A stretch of DNA of 64,000 nt from assembly GCA_032718475.1 (NCBI GenBank), contig JAUCBJ010000759.1, positions 1-64,000 on the forward strand, read 5' to 3'. The DNA comes from Nemertoderma westbladi. Taxonomy: Eukaryota; Animalia; Xenacoelomorpha. Both the position numbers and the translations under genes were made by a program. This document shows positions 60,901-64,000 of the stretch, piece after piece. Position 1 is the first letter of the stretch; each line of letters opens with the position of its first letter. The notes beneath the pieces were generated by a model. The model saw nothing but the letters and a program-made list of their open reading frames with translations, searched no databases and was not told the DNA's origin.

Positions 60901-63380
60901 AAACTCCATAGATTTACTGACAATTGTTACCAAACTCTATAGATTTACTGACAATTGTTACCAAACTCTATAGATTTACTGACAATTGTTACCAAACTCT
61001 ATAGATTTACTGACAATTGTTACCAAACTCTATAGTAGATTTACTGACAATTGTTACCAAACTCTATAGATTTACTGACAATTGTTACCAAACTCTATAG
61101 ATTTACTGACAATTGTTACCAAACTCTATAGATTTACTGACAATTGTTACCAAACTCTATAGATTTACTGACAATTGTTACCAAACTCTATAGTAGATTT
61201 ACTGACAATTGTTACCAAACTCTATAGATTTACTGACAATAATTGTTACCAAACTCTATAGATTTACTGACAATTGTTACCAAACTCTATAGATTTACTG
61301 ACAATTGTTACCAAACTCTATAGATTTACTGACAATTGTTACCAAACTCTATAGATTTACTGACAATTGTTACCAAACTCTATAGATTTACTGACAATTG
61401 TTACCAAACTCTATAGATTTACTGACAATTGTTACCAAACTCTATAGATTTACTGACAATTGTTACCAAACTCTATAGTAGATTTACTGACAATTGTTAC
61501 CAAACTCTATAGATTTACTGACAATTGTTACCAAACTCTATAGATTTACTGACAATTGTTACCAAACTCTATAGATTTACTGACAATAATTGTTACCAAA
61601 CTCTATAGATTTACTGACAATTGTTACCAAACTCTATAGATTTACTGACAATTGTTACCAAACTCTATAGATTTACTGACAATTGTTACCAAACTCTATA
61701 GATTTACTGACAATTGTTACCAAACTCTATAGATTTACTGACAATTGTTACCAAACTCTATAGATTTACTGACAATTGTTACCAAACTCTATAGTAGATT
61801 TACTGACAATTGTTACCAAACTCTATAGATTTACTGACAATATTGTTACCAAACTCTATAGATTTACTGACAATTGTTACCAAACTCTATAGATTTACTG
61901 ACATATTGTTACCAAACTCTATAGATTTACTGACAATTGTTACCAAACTCTATAGATTTACTGACAATTGTTACCAAACTCTATAGATTTACTGACAATT
62001 GTTACCAAACTCTATAGATTTACTGACAATTGTTACCAAACTCTATAGATTTACTGACAATTGTTACCAAACTCTATAGTAGATTTACTGACAATTGTTA
62101 CCAAACTCTATAGATTTACTGACAATTGTTACCAAACTCTATAGATTTACTGACAATTGTTACCAAACTCTATAGATTTACTGACAATTGTTACCAAACT
62201 CTATAGATTTACTGACAATTGTTACCAAACTCTATAGTAGATTTACTGACAATTGTTACCAAACTCTATAGATTTACTGACAATTGTTACCAAACTCTAT
62301 AGATTTACTGACAATTGTTACCAAACTCTATAGTAGATTTACTGACAATTGTTACCAAACTCTATAGATTTACTGACAATTGTTACCAAACTCTATAGAT
62401 TTACTGACAATTGTTACCAAACTCTATAGATTTACTGACAATTGTTACCAAACTCTATAGATTTACTGACAATTGTTACCAAACTCTATAGATTTACTGA
62501 CAATTGTTACCAAACTCTATAGATTTACTGACAATTGTTACCAAACTCTATAGATTTACTGACAATTGTTACCAAACTCTATAGATTTACTGACAATTGT
62601 TACCAAACTCTATAGATTTACTGACAATTGTTACCAAACTCTATAGATTTACTGACAATTGTTACCAAACTCTATAGATTTACTGACAATTGTTACCAAA
62701 CTCTATAGATTTACTGACAATTGTTACCAAACTCTATAGATTTACTGACAATTGTTACCAAACTCTATAGATTTACTGACAATTGTTACCAAACTCTATA
62801 GATTTACTGACAATTGTTACCAAACTCTATAGATTTACTGACAATAATTGTTACCAAACTCTATAGATTTACTGACAATTGTTACCAAACTCTATAGATT
62901 TACTGACAATAATTGTTACCAAACTCTATAGATTTACTGACAATTGTTACCAAACTCTATAGATTTACTGACAATTGTTACCAAACTCTATAGATTTACT
63001 GACAATAATTGTTACCAAGTTTATATTTTTATTGGCTGATAAATGTAGTAGAAAAAACAAATATTAGGCACGAGACGAGAACACAAAACACGAATACAAA
63101 CACCAAACAATTAAAAACTATACTTTGTTAATCAAGTATTTAGTATTTGATGTATTTAAAATGCTTTATTACGTGAAGGGGCGGTTGCCGGTTGCCTAGT
63201 AATAGGCCAATGAGGGCAGCCCTGCACCGTATATAGGTTTACTGATCTGATTATTGACGTATATTATTATAACAAATAACTAATTTTATTATTAGTCATA
63301 TTTGTTTTAAAGATCTCAAATTATTTTCTTTCTTCTTTCCACAATAACACTGAGAAGAAATAATCTTTTCCCAAACTAAC

Positions 63381-63383
63381 CAT
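63381..63383 (-). CDS. Candidate start codon ending exon 1 of the Cys-rich host gene
   Basis: Minus strand AAAAATG|GTTAGT. A phase-0 join to exon 2 gives MVPKIQVLFCLLILL; lies in the first unique DNA beyond the satellites. Confidence 0.55.
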
Positions 63384-63964
63384 TTTTTATTTCCTGAATT
63401 TGGATGTTGTGATATATTGATAAGCCGTAGTTCTCTATGTATAAAAGGACACCTTGGTAATATTTAAGAATTAATTTAATTATAATACTAATTTTTTAAC
63501 GAATATATACTGTAAATATATGTTACAATTTTATCTGCATTGCGGAGGTAATTTATCCCACATTGCTTAAATATATTTACACTATTCCATTCACATGATT
63601 AATTATTGATTAATAAATGTATTAAAGGTAAAGCTGCTTCAGTTAATAACTAACGGTTACCAAGCAACTAAGCAGGTGCTTTAGTATAAATCCACCAATA
63701 ACGATCCGCATTGAAGCTTTGTAAATATTAAGCAAAATTATTTGGATATTAAATTGAAAGATTAAAAATAATTCAGGGATTTAATCTTCAACAAAAACGT
63801 AACAATAATAATAGTCTAAGTAAATTCTATCAGAGGAATTAATCAATGGAAATTAATAACGAATTCCCAATTACTTTCCCTAAATAATTTCTGACGCTGC
63901 GTATATTATGATTACGTTGTCAATTTGCAGCTAAAAACGAATCCTATAATAAATTGATACCGTT

Positions 63965-64000
63965 TGTTCGCGCTTATAGACCTTTATCAGTTTAACCTGC
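63965..64000 (-). repeat. 3' end of another LTR of the same BEL/Pao family, continuing past the window
   Basis: tgttcgcgcttatagacctttatcagtttaacctgc aligns with 4324-4359 tgttcgcgctttcagacctttggcagtttaacccgc. Confidence 0.8.

Larger units (their letters stand above)
51216..63020. repeat. 31-bp satellite array (~10 kb), interrupted by an RTE insertion
   Basis: Unit tatagatttactgacaat(c/t)gttaccaaactc with +TAG and +AAT variants. Confidence 0.98.

Noticed and set aside
40444-63020. CRISPR array
   Set aside because: Head-to-tail monomers with no unique spacers, no cas genes and a eukaryotic context.

Overview
Repeat-dense animal (invertebrate-like) nuclear DNA. 1-31.9 kb is dominated by one BEL/Pao LTR-retrotransposon family with ~1.2-kb TG..CA LTRs. 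It comprises a diverged minus-strand copy (LTR 4324-5530, gag running off the left edge), a plus-strand tandem (stub-internal-LTR-internal-LTR) and another LTR end at the right edge. The plus-strand copies encode Gag plus protease but have lost RT, most of RNase H and integrase. The most striking observation is that these elements have no tRNA primer-binding site. Instead, the 11-12 nt right after the LTR are perfectly complementary to a site ~440 nt inside the LTR, with three compensatory changes between the two subfamilies, which suggests self-priming. Also present: a CMC/EnSpm-like transposase remnant with a spliced BEN-domain gene, a MITE-like element holding a 31-bp satellite, and a Helentron-type Rep/PIF1 pseudogene. 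A minus-strand host gene for a secreted, probably GPI-anchored Cys-rich protein has a predicted 23-kb first intron filled by two related satellites, an RTE LINE, BEL debris and a tRNA-derived SINE head carrying a hammerhead-like motif. All calls are from reading the sequence by eye; no searches were run.
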